Below, in pieces: positions 10,613-23,160 of a stretch of DNA of 64,000 nucleotides. The position numbers and the translations under genes are program-made. The stretch is from Octopus vulgaris (Eukaryota). The stretch covers positions 78,430,001-78,494,000 of the forward strand of contig OX597817.1 of assembly GCA_951406725.2 (NCBI GenBank). The letters run 5' to 3'. The stretch's first letter is position 1. Every line of letters starts with the position of its first letter. The notes beneath the pieces were generated by a model. That model ran no database searches, was not told the DNA's origin, and saw nothing but the letters and a program-made list of their open reading frames with translations.

Positions 10613-13326
10613 TTACTATTGTTGTTGTTTTTGTTTTTGTAGTATTTGTCTTTCTATGGTCCTTCTACATTTCATATACTTCTCAATTAGAAAAAAATAC
10701 TTATCTCTATTATTTTAACCACTTGTCCAAGCAAAAGAAAATGTCATGAAAATAAAATAAATATAACAGAAAAATAATAAAATATCAAAAGGTGTGGAAA
10801 CAAAAAAAAAATTGTGAGTATATCCCTTTCTTTTATGTTGGATTACTAAGTATTTTAATAGAAGTGATTTAAACGATCTATCTATCCATCTATATATGCA
10901 CAGATACATACACACATACATACATACATGCAGACACAGATACACACACTCACACACTCTACACATATACATAGAGGCTTACATGTTTATGCATACCTAT
11001 ATATATATATATGTATATATATGTATATGTATATAACGTACACATGCATATATATAAACATACATATATACATATATATATAACATATATGTATAAGCAT
11101 ATATATATGCATATATACATACATATATATATATGTATAAATATAAGTATATATATGTATGGGTATGTATATGTAAATCTATCTCCCTTATCTATCTCTT
11201 TCTGTGTGTATGTGTATATATATGTACAGTGTATGTATGTATATATATATATATATATACCTATACATACACTGTACATATATATGTATGTATATATGTA
11301 TGTATATATGTATAAACATAGAAAACTCAGCCTTGAGGAAGAACCCCTGCTTTCTATTGTTCTGCCAAAGTTAGTTTATAAAAAGAAGCTAAATCATCTC
11401 TCAAACGCCACCACCAACACCGCAAGCACCACTGCCGCCGCCACCACCACCATCACCCCCACCCCAACGCCACCACCACCACCATCATCTCTACCATAAT
11501 CTTGTCAACTCCCCTCCCCCCATCACCACCAACATCACCCACAGACCAACACACCACACCACACACAGGTAGAGCAGTCTAATGTAGTACTAATAGTCTG
11601 GTTTGACTGAGACTTGTTATTATCAAGAAAGGTAGCACACAATCGAATGGAAATTTCGATGAATTTTCCAATATCCAGTCGGCAGGTGAAAGTTGGCGTT
11701 TAGTAAATTGAATGTGCCAAGAGGTTCTGGCCATCAATAATGAATAGCAAAACTCCTTCAAACTATCTCAAATCATGGGATATTTATAGAGTTGCAATCA
11801 ATCGAGTTGACGAAACATAAGCCATTGTTGGTGAGGTTTTTCTGCTTTTACAAAGTGTTCAGAACCTAACAAAACAAGCCCATTGTCTCCATCATCCGCC
11901 GCCGCCACCACCGCCACCACTGCCATCCCTTCATCTCGGCAAATACACCCACAGCACCACCACCAGTGCCACAATCACCACCAGCGCCACCACCACTGGC
12001 CACCTCTATCGCCGCCGTTATTTCTGCCATCAGTTTCATCATAGACCGAGTTAAGCCAACCACTATCACGATCTCGTCTGACCACCCCTGCCCCCACCCC
12101 CATCATACGCCCCACCTTCCCCATGACCATCAATACTTGGTGTGCCTCCTCCACTATTATTCAACCAACTTTTTATTTTATTTTATTAAGATTAGAGAAT
12201 ATAAACATGCACCACACACGCACACTTACACACACAAACATACATACAGAAAATAAACAAATTTATATATATATATATGTGAGTGGGAGGGGGGTTGTGT
12301 TCATGTATATGCAAACATATATATGTCTATACAGATATATTTATTCATGTATATGTGTGTGTGATGATGATGATGATATAAATAGATAGATTGATTGATA
12401 GATAGATAGTGAGAGAGAGAGAGGAAGAATAGGAGAGAGAGAGAGATATGTATATATCTATATACATATACATACTTACACTTTATACAACACATACAGA
12501 AACTTATATACACACATTGCAATATGTATGCTTCACATACATATATACACATTATATATATTGTACATATATATAATATATATAACGGATGTGTATATAT
12601 GTATTTGTAATGTATTTATATATGTATATAAATGTTTACATATATAGACACACACATATACATATATATAACACATGTATATACATATATATATAATACA
12701 GATATAGACACACACATATGATATATATATATATATATATATGTATGTATATACACATATACATACAAACATACATATCTGTATGTATATATGTATATAT
12801 ATATGTGTGTGTGTGTATTCAAGTGTGTATGAATATATGCACTTAGCCACTTCACTGCATGTACACATGGCCTTGTATACTCGGTGTATATAATGTAAAC
12901 ATTAAATGGAGAGAGGAAGAAAAATAAAGACATCAACAATAGATTAAGAGGAAAAAGCTTAAAGTGAAAGTGAAAGTGAAAGAAGATAGATTGCATTAAA
13001 AAACAAGAAAAGAAAATAGATATAAAATGCTTAGAAAAAACATAAACAAACAAACAAAATCAAACAACAAATCAAATTAATGATCTAATACGTGAGTAAC
13101 ACAAAGAAGAATCTGTGGTAAAGGCTTCGGCTCTGAAGTCAACTTTCTTTGTAAAGCTATATAGATGTGGAGCTGATGCTGATGTTGATGTTAGAATATA
13201 GCCCCAGGTCAGTACTGATTGAGCACATTTAAGATCAAAGGAGGTCCAGCCATGAACATCACATTTTTAGTTTTGCCTATGCTTTTGTTGTTCCTTGTTT
13301 TTTTTGTTATTTTTTTTTTGTGGATA

Positions 13327-13642
13327 TCGGTGCAAACATGGCTGTGTGGTGAAGATGATTGGTTTGCATGTGAAGATCATGTGTTCAGTCCCATTGCACG
13401 TGACTTTGGTCAAGTGTCTTCTACTACAACGCTGAGCTGACCAAAATCTTGTGAGGGAATTTGGTAATCGGAAACTGTGAAAACCCATCTTAAATACATA
13501 TGTATGGGCACAAGAGTTCTGTGTGGTAAGAAGCTTGCTTCCCAACCACATTTTTCCGAGTGGGCAAGTATCTTCTACTATAGCCTTGGGCTGACCAAAG
13601 CCTTGTAAGTGGGTTTGGTAGATAGAAACTAAAAGAAGCCTG

Positions 13643-13675
<33 letters not shown>

Positions 13676-14010
13676 AGTGTGTGTGTGAGTATCTATCTAT
13701 CTATCTGTATGTATGTATGTATGTATGTATGCATGCATGCATGTATGTATGTATATATGTATGTATGTATGTATGTATGCATGCATGCATGTATGTATGT
13801 ATGTATGTATGTATGTATGTATGTATATATTTGTGTGTTGTGTGTCTGTGTTTGTCCCACCACCATCTCTTGACAAACATTGTTGGTGTGTTTACATCTC
13901 TGCAACTTAGTATTTTGGCAAAAGAGACCAATTGAATAAGCATTAGGCTTACAAAGAATAAGTCCTGGGTTCAAATGACTGAAACAAGTAGAAGAATAAA
14001 AGAATAAAAA
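13327..14010 (+). mobile_element. Two tandem partial family A SINE copies
   Basis: Two heads (TGGCTGTGTGG-type) followed by family A body and GACTGAAACAAGTA tail. Confidence 0.8.
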
Positions 14011-14439
14011 GTATATGTATATATGTATATGTACATATTATATACATGTGTGTGTGCATGTGTTTATGTGTGTGTGCATATATATGTATGTGTAAACATA
14101 TATATATATACAGAGAGAGAGAGAGAGAGAGATACTTGGCCTTGCAGTTAGGGTATTGCTCTCCAGAATGCAAGGTCATGGTTTCAATTCCTTGATTGAG
14201 TGGTGCATTGTGTTTTTGAGCAAAACATTCCATCTCAAATCATTCTGCGATTACTTCAATACTGATGTGTGGTACACCTCACACCTTTTCAGACATTGTC
14301 AATTTGACAGAAGGGGTGAGCTAATGAAAAACAAATACAGTTGATGACTATAAAAAATCATTTGCACTGGTTGTTCAGTAGACACTGAGCATACATATAT
14401 TGTCTTCAGTGGGAGAGTCTTTTATATATATATGTGTGG

Positions 14440-14865
14440 TCCGTGCCAGTCCCACTGGACTGGCTGCTATGACAGTGGCATGTAAAAAGCACTACTTGGA
14501 TGGGGTCATTACCAGTGCCACCTGACTGGCTCAAATGCTGGTGACATGTAAAAAGCACCATTTGAGTGTGGCTGATGCCAGTTCTGCCTGATTGGCTCCT
14601 GTGCCAGTGGCACATAAAAAGCACCATTCGAGCATGGTCAATGCCAGTAATGCTTGACTGACCCCCATGCTGGTAGCATGTAAAAATCTCCCACTACACT
14701 CTCGGAGTGGTTGGTGTTAGGAAGGGTATCCAGCTGTAGAAAACTTGCCAGATCAGCCTGAAGCCTGGTGCAGCCTCCTAGCTTGCCAGTCCTCTGTTAA
14801 ACCATCCAACCCATACCAGCATGGAATGCAAGCATTAAGCGATAATGATAAGGAGGATGATGATG
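14440..14865 (+). mobile_element. RTE-type retroelement 3' region with four 66-bp tandem units and (GAT)n tail
   Basis: GGCA(C/T)GTAAAAAGCAC-like core; its TGTA/CATA lies at 14481, 14547, 14613, 14679; tail CCAACCCATACCAGCATGGAA also seen inverted at ~15645-15770, 21890-21960, 25790-25820. Confidence 0.7.
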
Positions 14866-14920
14866 TGTATATATATATATATATATATATGTATATACGT
14901 ACATGTATTTATATATATAT

Positions 14921-15205
14921 ATCTGTAAAATAATATGTGACAATTATACAATAGCCAAGATAAAACTCTGAGTTTTGGATGCCGAGGGGGAAGAGAGAGA
15001 CAAATAAATATATAAATATATACATATAAATATATACATACATACACCGAAGAGATGGTGTTGTGGATTTCCACCTTGGCATCTGAAACTCAGAGTTTTA
15101 TCTTGGCTATTGTATAATAGTCACATTATTTTACAGATAAATTTCCTCTATTTACATAATATTGAGGTCTCTTTTTTTCTTTTGTTATCTTACCGTTTTT
15201 ACCAT
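14921..15205 (+). mobile_element. Short fold-back PLE-terminus-like element in (TA)n
   Basis: 14921-14992 inverted versus 15069-15138; hammerhead-like motif 15047-15097. Confidence 0.65.
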
Positions 15206-15483
15206 TATATATATTTATACATATATATATATATATATACAATATATATATATACATATATATATATACATACATATATATATATTTATATATATATACA
15301 TGCAATTGCAGTGTAGGAGGTGTTTATAAGCCATTTAAAAAACACACCAACACCGTTAGATTCACTTCAGCATTTAAATTTAATTTGACAAAATATTTTC
15401 ATTGCTTTGAGGCCACAACCTATTCACTAATAAAATTGCATGCTATATATACATATACATATATACATCATACATATATATAT

Positions 15484-15514
<31 letters not shown>

Positions 15515-15554
15515 CAAATAAATATACAAATACATACATACATACATGCATACA

Positions 15555-15588
<34 letters not shown>

Positions 15589-16046
15589 CATACATGCATA
15601 CATATATATATGAATACATACACATCATCACCATCATCATTGTTTTAACATTCACTTTCCATACTGGCATGGGTTGGATGGTTTGACCAAGGACTGGCAA
15701 GCCAGGAGGCTGCATGAGACTCCAATCTGATCTGGCAAGGTTTCTACAGTTGGATACAGTTTATGCCTACCAAAATCCCCTCTGCTTCATGTTTGGAAAC
15801 AATGAAGTTAATAAAATAAAGTGGGGTTTGGTTCAAAATTTTCTCGGAATGCTTAGATCACTAAAATATCGTAGTTTAGGGGTGGTCTCGAACAAGTTGG
15901 TATCAAAAGGGTTATGAAAGTTTATACATACTTACATATGTGTGTGTGTGTGTACACATATATACATATACCTATGCATATGTGTGTATGTATATATATA
16001 TGTATATATGATGCATTTCTCTCTATATATATTTTATTTATACATA

Positions 16047-16090
<44 letters not shown>

Positions 16091-16789
16091 TACATATACA
16101 TGCACATATATTATGTGTATACCTATACACACAGCCATGCATGCATATATGTGTATGTGTGTGTGTGTGTATACATGTCTACACATACATACACACATAT
16201 TTATGTATGAACAAAAAATACGTAGAAGGAAAAATAATACTGCCCCACGCCACCACCACCACCCCGTCACCACTACCACTACCATTACCTACAAATGATA
16301 AATAAAAGGAAAAGAAAAAATTAGAATATCCACAGCTATAAAAAAAAAAAGAAAAATTATTAAGAGATAAGTTTTCTGAAATCCTATTACAAGTTTACTT
16401 CAATGATACTCAGAAAAATCTTCATGGTAGATTATAACAGCTGTTAAGATATCAGTCGGAAAGAAAACATATCAGAAGAGACTGCAAACTTCAGTATCAA
16501 CCTATATGTAAGATGTATGTTAATTTATTAGCAGAAAAAATAAGGTATATCCTGTACCCCCCATTGAGCTGTTATGACACTGCTGAACAATTTTGGCTTG
16601 TGTAACTCCAATCAGAAAATATAAAATGAATAAGATAAAGAAGGAAGAAGTTAAAGCCAGTATAGAGGACTGAGTTGATAAGCTCCTGGACTAGAAGCTC
16701 AAAACGTTGTTGGTCTTGTTTTCTCTTGTCTCTGATACTCTGGTGTTGAACTGGGTTGTCTGAGCATTGGGCATAATTCATTCTCTTTC

Positions 16790-17190
16790 TCTTTTCTCTT
16801 TTACTTGTTTCAGTCATTTGACTGCGGCCATGCTGGAGCACCGCCTTTAGACGAGCATATCGACCCCGGGACTTATTCTTTGCAAGCCCAGTACTTATTC
16901 TATCGGTCTCTTTTGCCAAACCGCTAAGTGACGACGATGTAAACACACCAGCATCGGTTGTCAAGCAATGCTAGGGGGGCAAACACAGACACACAAACAT
17001 ACACACACATATATATATACATATATACGATGGGCTTCTTTCAGTTTCCGTCTACCAAATCCACTCACAAAGTTTTAGTTGGCCCGAGGCTATAGTAGAA
17101 GACACTTTCCCAAGATGCCATGCAGTGGGACTGAACCCAGAACCATGTGGTTGGTAAGCAAGCTACTTACCACACAGCCACTCCTGCACC
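16790..17190 (-). mobile_element. tRNA-derived SINE family A (CORE-like motif, internal TA/CA microsatellite), full length
   Basis: A-box-like TGGCTGTGTGG, B box GGTTCAGTCC, CTTGGG(C/A)AAGT, tail AAATGACTGAAACAAGTAAAAGA. Confidence 0.9.
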
Positions 17191-17297
17191 TATGTGGTAT
17201 TTGTTCTGGTTTTCTGAGCTGCAAGTTCAAATCAAATTTTATGAAGGTTAACTTTGCCTTTTGTCCTTTTGAGGGTCAACAACAAAAATAAAAACAG

Positions 17298-17512
17298 TGG
17301 AGGTGCATGGCTTTGTGGTTAGGGTGTTGGACTCATCCTCGTAAGATTGTGGTTTCGATTCCTGGACACATTTCATTTCATGTTGCTCCAGGCCACTCAG
17401 TAGGTAAATCCTGTGCTGGACCAATGTCCCATCCAGGTAGGGAATTTATATACCATGAAACCAGAAAACCAATCCTTATGAATTGATATGATTTAAGAAG
17501 TTAATTTTACCC
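17298..17512 (+). mobile_element. tRNA-derived SINE family C, internally deleted
   Basis: GGAGGTGCATGGCTT..TGGTTAGGG head, GGTTTCGATTCC B box; matches 42978 and 53182 copies. Confidence 0.8.
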
Positions 17513-17609
17513 TTCTACTAACAATAAAAAAAAATGGTTTAAGGTAGTGGATTGCTAGGACTGCAAGAGCAGTGGATAGGATACCTTGCAGGATATGTAT
17601 GGATCTTTT

Positions 17610-18013
17610 GGTGGCTGTGTGGTAAGATGCTTACCTCCCAACCACATGGTTCTGGGTTCAGTCCCACTACATGGCACCTTGGACAAGTGTCTTCTACTAT
17701 AGCCTTGGGCTGACACAAGTCTTGTGAGTGGATTTGGTAGAAGGAAACTGAAAGAAGCCTGTCATACACACACACACTCACACACACACATATATATATA
17801 TATATAAAACTATATATATTTTTCCCCCTCTCTCTTGGAGAAGCACAAGCACTTATACACATGGCAGTAACTTCTGCCTACCAAATTCACTTACAAAGCA
17901 TTGGTTGGCCTGTGACAATAGCAGAAGACACTTGCCCAAGGTTCTACACAGTGGGGCTGAACACGAAACCATGTAGCTGGGATGCAAGCTTCCTAACCAC
18001 ACAGTCATGCCTA

Positions 18014-18057
<44 letters not shown>

Positions 18058-18270
18058 ATATGTATATATGTGTGTGTGTGTTTGTCCCCCACCATCACTT
18101 GACAACCGATGTTGGTGTGTTTACATCCCTGTAACCTAGTGGTTTGGCAAAAGAGACTGATAGAATAAGTACTAGGCTTACAAAGAATAAGTCCTGGGGT
18201 CGATTTGTTTGACTAAAGGCAGTACTCCAGCCTGGCCGAAGTCAATTGACTGAAACAAGTAAAAGAATAA
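17610..18270 (+). mobile_element. Family A SINE interrupted in its microsatellite by an inverted family A 5' half (~17868-18012)
   Basis: 5' half 17610-17765, inverted half, then 3' half 18070-18270. Confidence 0.8.
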
Positions 18271-18455
18271 ATTCTGTGGTTCAGATAACATCATGCCTTA
18301 CTTTGGTAATAGCTTTTGTTGCCCAGTTTCAGAGCACAACCAGATACTTTAAGCATCTTTAGCAGACTCTCCTCTGTCACAAGCATTTGGATCAAGTTTC
18401 TAGCTCCAAGATACCTTCCTCCCTCTACCCCATCAACTTAGGAGACCCTGTATAG

Positions 18456-18934
18456 CAATGGTTCTCAACCATTTTTTGCCTATGGATCCATTTGGTTCCT
18501 GTTTACTCTGCTGGTCCCCCATAACCATTTGTTGTTTAAAAAAAATCTCATATTTTTATGATTAACCCTTTCGTTACCAACCCGGCTGAAACCAGCTCTG
18601 GTTCTTTAGTATAAATATCTTGTTTTCATAAGTTTTGAATTTAAATCTTCCACCAAATCTTAGTCACAATTTATGTTCCTAACACTAGCTCAATATTAAC
18701 GATGTTATTTTACTAAATTCTTTGTTATATTTAAAATAATTGGAAGAAACACAGAGCATCTCAAAATAAATAGAGTAACAAAAGGGTTAAATATTATTAG
18801 GAATTGTATTAAAAAAATTGTTAAAATGTTTTGTGTATTGTAGAAGTATAACTGATTTATTGCACATAAATTTTCAGTAACTAAATCTTGTATGGATCCC
18901 TAAGGGTCATGTGGACACCTGATGAGAACCCCTC
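18456..18934. mobile_element. hAT-type MITE containing a nested piggyBac-like MITE
   Basis: TIRs CAATGGTTCTCAACC / GATGAGAACCCCTC; imperfect 8-bp TSD CTGTATAG/CTGTAAAT. Confidence 0.7.
18562..18790. mobile_element. piggyBac-like MITE; further copies 19516-19713, 47281-47510 (inverted), 54315-54873 (SINE-interrupted)
   Basis: TTAA-CCCTTTCGTTAC ... GTAACAAAAGGG-TTAA termini; shared internal sequence. Confidence 0.85.
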
Positions 18935-19176
18935 CTGTAAATAAATGATTTTGAGCAGTGTCCTGAGTAAAAGATAAAAAAGAAAATGTCCATGATAAAA
19001 GCTAATCATTTCCTGAATCTCAATCATCCTTATGGCCCAGCTTTCATAATTCTATGGGCATGATTACTAAATCACTGCACTAGATTCTCTAGGTAGGATT
19101 CATATATTTCCTGCATATTTTTTTAGCATATGCATTTAATTTGCTATTGAAACTTAAGCTCTTAAAATTCATTAAA

Positions 19177-19380
19177 ATGACAGATCTATCAGACTTTCAA
19201 ATAGGTCGAATTGTTGGTGCTTGTATGGCAGGTGCTAGCATAATGAAAACAGCCAAAATGCTTGGTGTATCAAGAAGTACTGTCTCAAAAATAATGACAG
19301 CCATTGAGAAAGAGGAAAAAACCTCCTCGTCAAAACAAAATCTGGAAAAAAAACAAAACTTTCAGATAGGGACCATCAAA
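19177..19380 (+). pseudogene. Tc1-like transposase N-terminal HTH fragment
   Basis: MTDLSDFQIGRIVGACMAGASIMKTAKMLGVSRSTVSKIM. Confidence 0.8.
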
Positions 19381-20204
19381 CTGTTTGCTCATGTTTCAAA
19401 CAATTTTGAAAATACTGATTTTCAGATTTTGATACAAATCCCAGAAATTTTAGCAGAGGAGGTATGCTGGTTACATTGATTTCAGTGTTCAGCAGGTACT
19501 TATTTAATTGTCCTTTTAACCCTTTTGATGCCAACCCAGCTGGCACTTGAGTACAAAAGTCTTGTTTTCATAAGTTCTGAATTAAAATCTTCCACCAAAC
19601 CTTAGTCCCAATTTATGTTCCTAACACTAGCTTAATGATAATTAAGTTATATTTAAAATTAATTGAAAGAAATACAGAACATCTCAAAAGAAAAATGGTA
19701 ACAAAAGGGTTAAGAATGAAAGGCCACCCCTCAGAGGAATTTGAACTCAAAACTTCAAGAGCCAGACAAAATGCAGCTAAGCCTTTTGACCCACAAGCTA
19801 GCTATTCTGCCTGCTGGAAAGTTTAATAAAATAATTTAGTTATTATTAAGCTGGTGTCTGTGTCATAAATTAACATGAAATTTTGGTGCAAAATTTTAAT
19901 TAAGGTCACTTTGACACAAGAAGTTTGTTTCATTGAATGAAGGGTGGTTTTCGACAGATTGGTGCCAAAAGAGTGAAGGATGAACAGAGATTCAATACAC
20001 TTTGAATTAAGTAAACATTAATGATCAGATTGGCAACATTAAATGGGCAAACCCCATTTTTGTCAGATACAAATTAATAAACTTCTTAGTCTATTTACTA
20101 TTTCAATGTATTTAGCATTTCATACAATAATTGATCTCTTTATTATTTTCTTCATAGATAAGACCATTTGAAAGAATCAGATCACAACTAGTATATTATG
20201 AGGT

Positions 20205-20422
20205 GAGAGGGGGACTGAAAAATTCCTGGTTTTAAGGGTATCTCAAAAGGCCTGGCTGGAGGCTCAACCTTCTGAGTTCATTTACAGGGCTTAGGAAAAC
20301 TTAAGGAATACTGCAATAAGTGTGTGAATCTGAGAGGGAAATATGTTGGATAAAATAATAATTGACTGATCCTCCTGTATTACTATTTACCCAAAAGCCA
20401 GGAACTTTTCAGCACCACCTCA
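20205..20422 (+). mobile_element. mariner-derived MITE retaining transposase C-terminus
   Basis: TIRs GAGG...CTGAAAA(A/G)TTCCTGG; AWLEAQPSEF..GLGKLKEYCNKCVNLRGKYVG*. Confidence 0.8.
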
Positions 20423-20492
<70 letters not shown>

Positions 20493-21225
20493 TATGTGTG
20501 TGTTTGTATGTGTTTGTTTGCCTCCCCACCATTGCTTGACAACCGATGCTGGTTGTGTTTACTTAGTGGTTCAGCCAAAGAGACCGATAGAATAAGTACA
20601 AGGCTTACAAAGAATAAGTCCTAGGGTCAATTTGTTCGACTAAAGACGGTGCTCCAGTATGGCCACTGTCAAATGACTGATACAGATAAAAGAGTACATG
20701 GATTGTTGGAACAACAAAACCACAAGAAATTTTATAACACCTGAAAAGCTTAACATTATGATTTTTTTTATAATTTTTTTTTTTCTGTTTCTCAAATCTA
20801 AAATTGTTTTAGAAGCCAGTAATTTTGTCTTGAAATCAGCACCAGCACCATGCCTGCCCAAATGTGACGGAAGAGATCTCTAATGCACATATCAATTAAT
20901 TTCCATTTATTCAAACTGAAGACTTTCACAAGTCAGTGTCTTGTGTTTTTTATTGGAAAATACGTGCAACACAAAGCCTTGTGTGCAAATTTGGTTAGTT
21001 AATAGAACTTGAAATGACCCTGTCATATACATGTGTGTGTGTGTGCATGGTTTTTGTGTACGTGGGTGTATGCATGTATGCATATATATATATATAAAAA
21101 ATATAAATTAGAGATAAAATATACATATATATATATATGTACGATAAAATATACATATATATATATGTACGATAAAATATACATATATATATATATTACA
21201 CACACACACAAACATATATGTATTA

Positions 21226-21560
21226 ATGGCTCAGTGGTTAGAGTGCTGGGCTTACGACCATGAGGTAGTGAATTCAATTCCCAGACCGGGCTGTGTGTTT
21301 TATTCATTAGCAAGACATTTTATTTCACATTGTTCCAGTTCACTCAGCTATAGAAATGAGCTGCAATGTCACTGGTTCCAAGCTGTGTCAGCCTTTACCT
21401 TTCCATTGAATAACATCGGTGGTGTGGAGAAAGGAGGCTGGTATGCATGGGTGACTGCTGGTCTTCCATAAACAACTTTGCCTGGACTTGTACCTTGGAG
21501 GGGGACTGTCTAGGTACAATCCCAAGACACTCATGACCAAAGGGTATCTTAACTCTACCC
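21226..21560 (+). mobile_element. tRNA-derived SINE family D (family C-like head, different body); inverted copy 49598-49932
   Basis: TGGCTCAGTGGTTAGAG A box; body matches 49598-49932 in reverse complement. Confidence 0.8.
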
Positions 21561-21632
21561 TATATATATATATCTATATATATACATATATATATATATA
21601 TACACACATACACATATATATATAAATGTATG

Positions 21633-21664
<32 letters not shown>

Positions 21665-22434
21665 TACAAAATAATATAAGGATAGAGAGGAGGTATAAGA
21701 TGGAAAAGTTTATTTCACCAATTGACATCCATACAACTATGATTGTTTTGCAGCCTTAGTTTTGTTGTGGTTTGCTAAGTGGTTTGTAGCCTGATCCATT
21801 AAAGCAGCTTTTTTATGAGTACCACTGGATTTCTTAAATCCATATATTGTGCATTAAATTTGTGTGTGTGTGTCATTGTCCTCATGTAGCTTCTGTGTTC
21901 CATACTGGCTTGGTTGGATGATTTGACAAGATTCTATGGGCCCAAGGACTGCATTGTGCTTGGGTGATTGCTTTTCATGCTACCAGTACAAGTGAGGTTG
22001 CCTTGTTTTTTGCGAGATTACAAGCCCTAAATAGGAATGGTCACCTTTATGCTAGGAGACCTAGAGTAAGAGAGGAGTAAAGATAGAAGCAAAGGGGCTA
22101 GAACCGAACAAATTTTGTATTGTAGAGTAGCTACAAAACTACTCCCATTTTGGAAGAGAGGATGGGGTGATCAAATGGAGCGATGAAAAATGCAAAGGTG
22201 ATGAAGTGTCAGAGTGGATTTTCTAGGTACAAAATGGGTAGAGATGAGGGGAGCCAAAGGACTAGTAGTAGGGAAAGGAGTAGGAGGTGACTGAAAGTGT
22301 GAAACAGCAGAATAGTAACAATGAAACAGTAGACAGGAGAAGGACAAGAGAGAGAGAGAGAGAGAGATGATGTTAGGGGATGTAGGTATCTGGAAGGGGA
22401 AGGAAATTGGTGCAAAGACTCAGTTGTGCATCTA

Positions 22435-22650
22435 TAAGGCAGGGTTGAAAAGTCCTTGGCTCTGGGTTAAAGAAAATACAGGAAGATCAGTTTATTATGA
22501 TTTTAGTCAACATATTCTCCTCTCAGATTTACACACTTATTGCAGTGGTCCTTCAGTTTTTCTAAGCCCTGCAAAAGAACTCAGAAGGCTGGGCCTCCAG
22601 CCAGGCCTTTCATAATACCCTTGAAGCTAGGAACTTTACAGCACCTTCTT
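22435..22650 (-). mobile_element. Second copy of the mariner-derived MITE
   Basis: Reverse-complement match to 20205-20422. Confidence 0.8.
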
Positions 22651-23129
22651 TTATATATTTATATATAGATACTGTTCTACTAGAACTTAGTATAGATGAT
22701 GAGAAGGAGGTTGGAGGATTAGGTGGAGGATGAAGAAGGGGTGGAGGAAGAGGTAGAAGAGGAGGAGGATGGTGAAAAGCAATCTAAACAGTTAGAAAGA
22801 GTGTTCTGACTGTTATTTCTAGCAGATGTAGCAACAATGTAGATGCTCCTCTCATTGGCTCATAGTGCCACCCTAATTCTTAAGCTGGTGTCATGACTCA
22901 GTATTTGAAGAGCGGAGTCTGTATTATTTATAAACACCTACATGCTTCTTCTTCTTCTTCTTCTTCTTCTTCTTCTCTCTTCCTCCTCCTCCTGCCCCTC
23001 CTCCACCTGCTCCTCCTCTTTTCAACATCATTGCTGTCATCTCCATCGTCATCATCGTTGTTGCAATCATCGTCATCGTCATCATCATCATCATCATCAT
23101 CCTCATCATCATCCTCTTCGTCATCATCC

Positions 23130-23160
<31 letters not shown>

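Noticed and set aside
14440-14700. CRISPR-like periodicity
   Set aside because: Whole units are homologous, so there are no unique spacers; no cas genes; eukaryotic retroelement context.
18919-18925. CTGATGA
   Set aside because: Part of a decayed hAT TIR.
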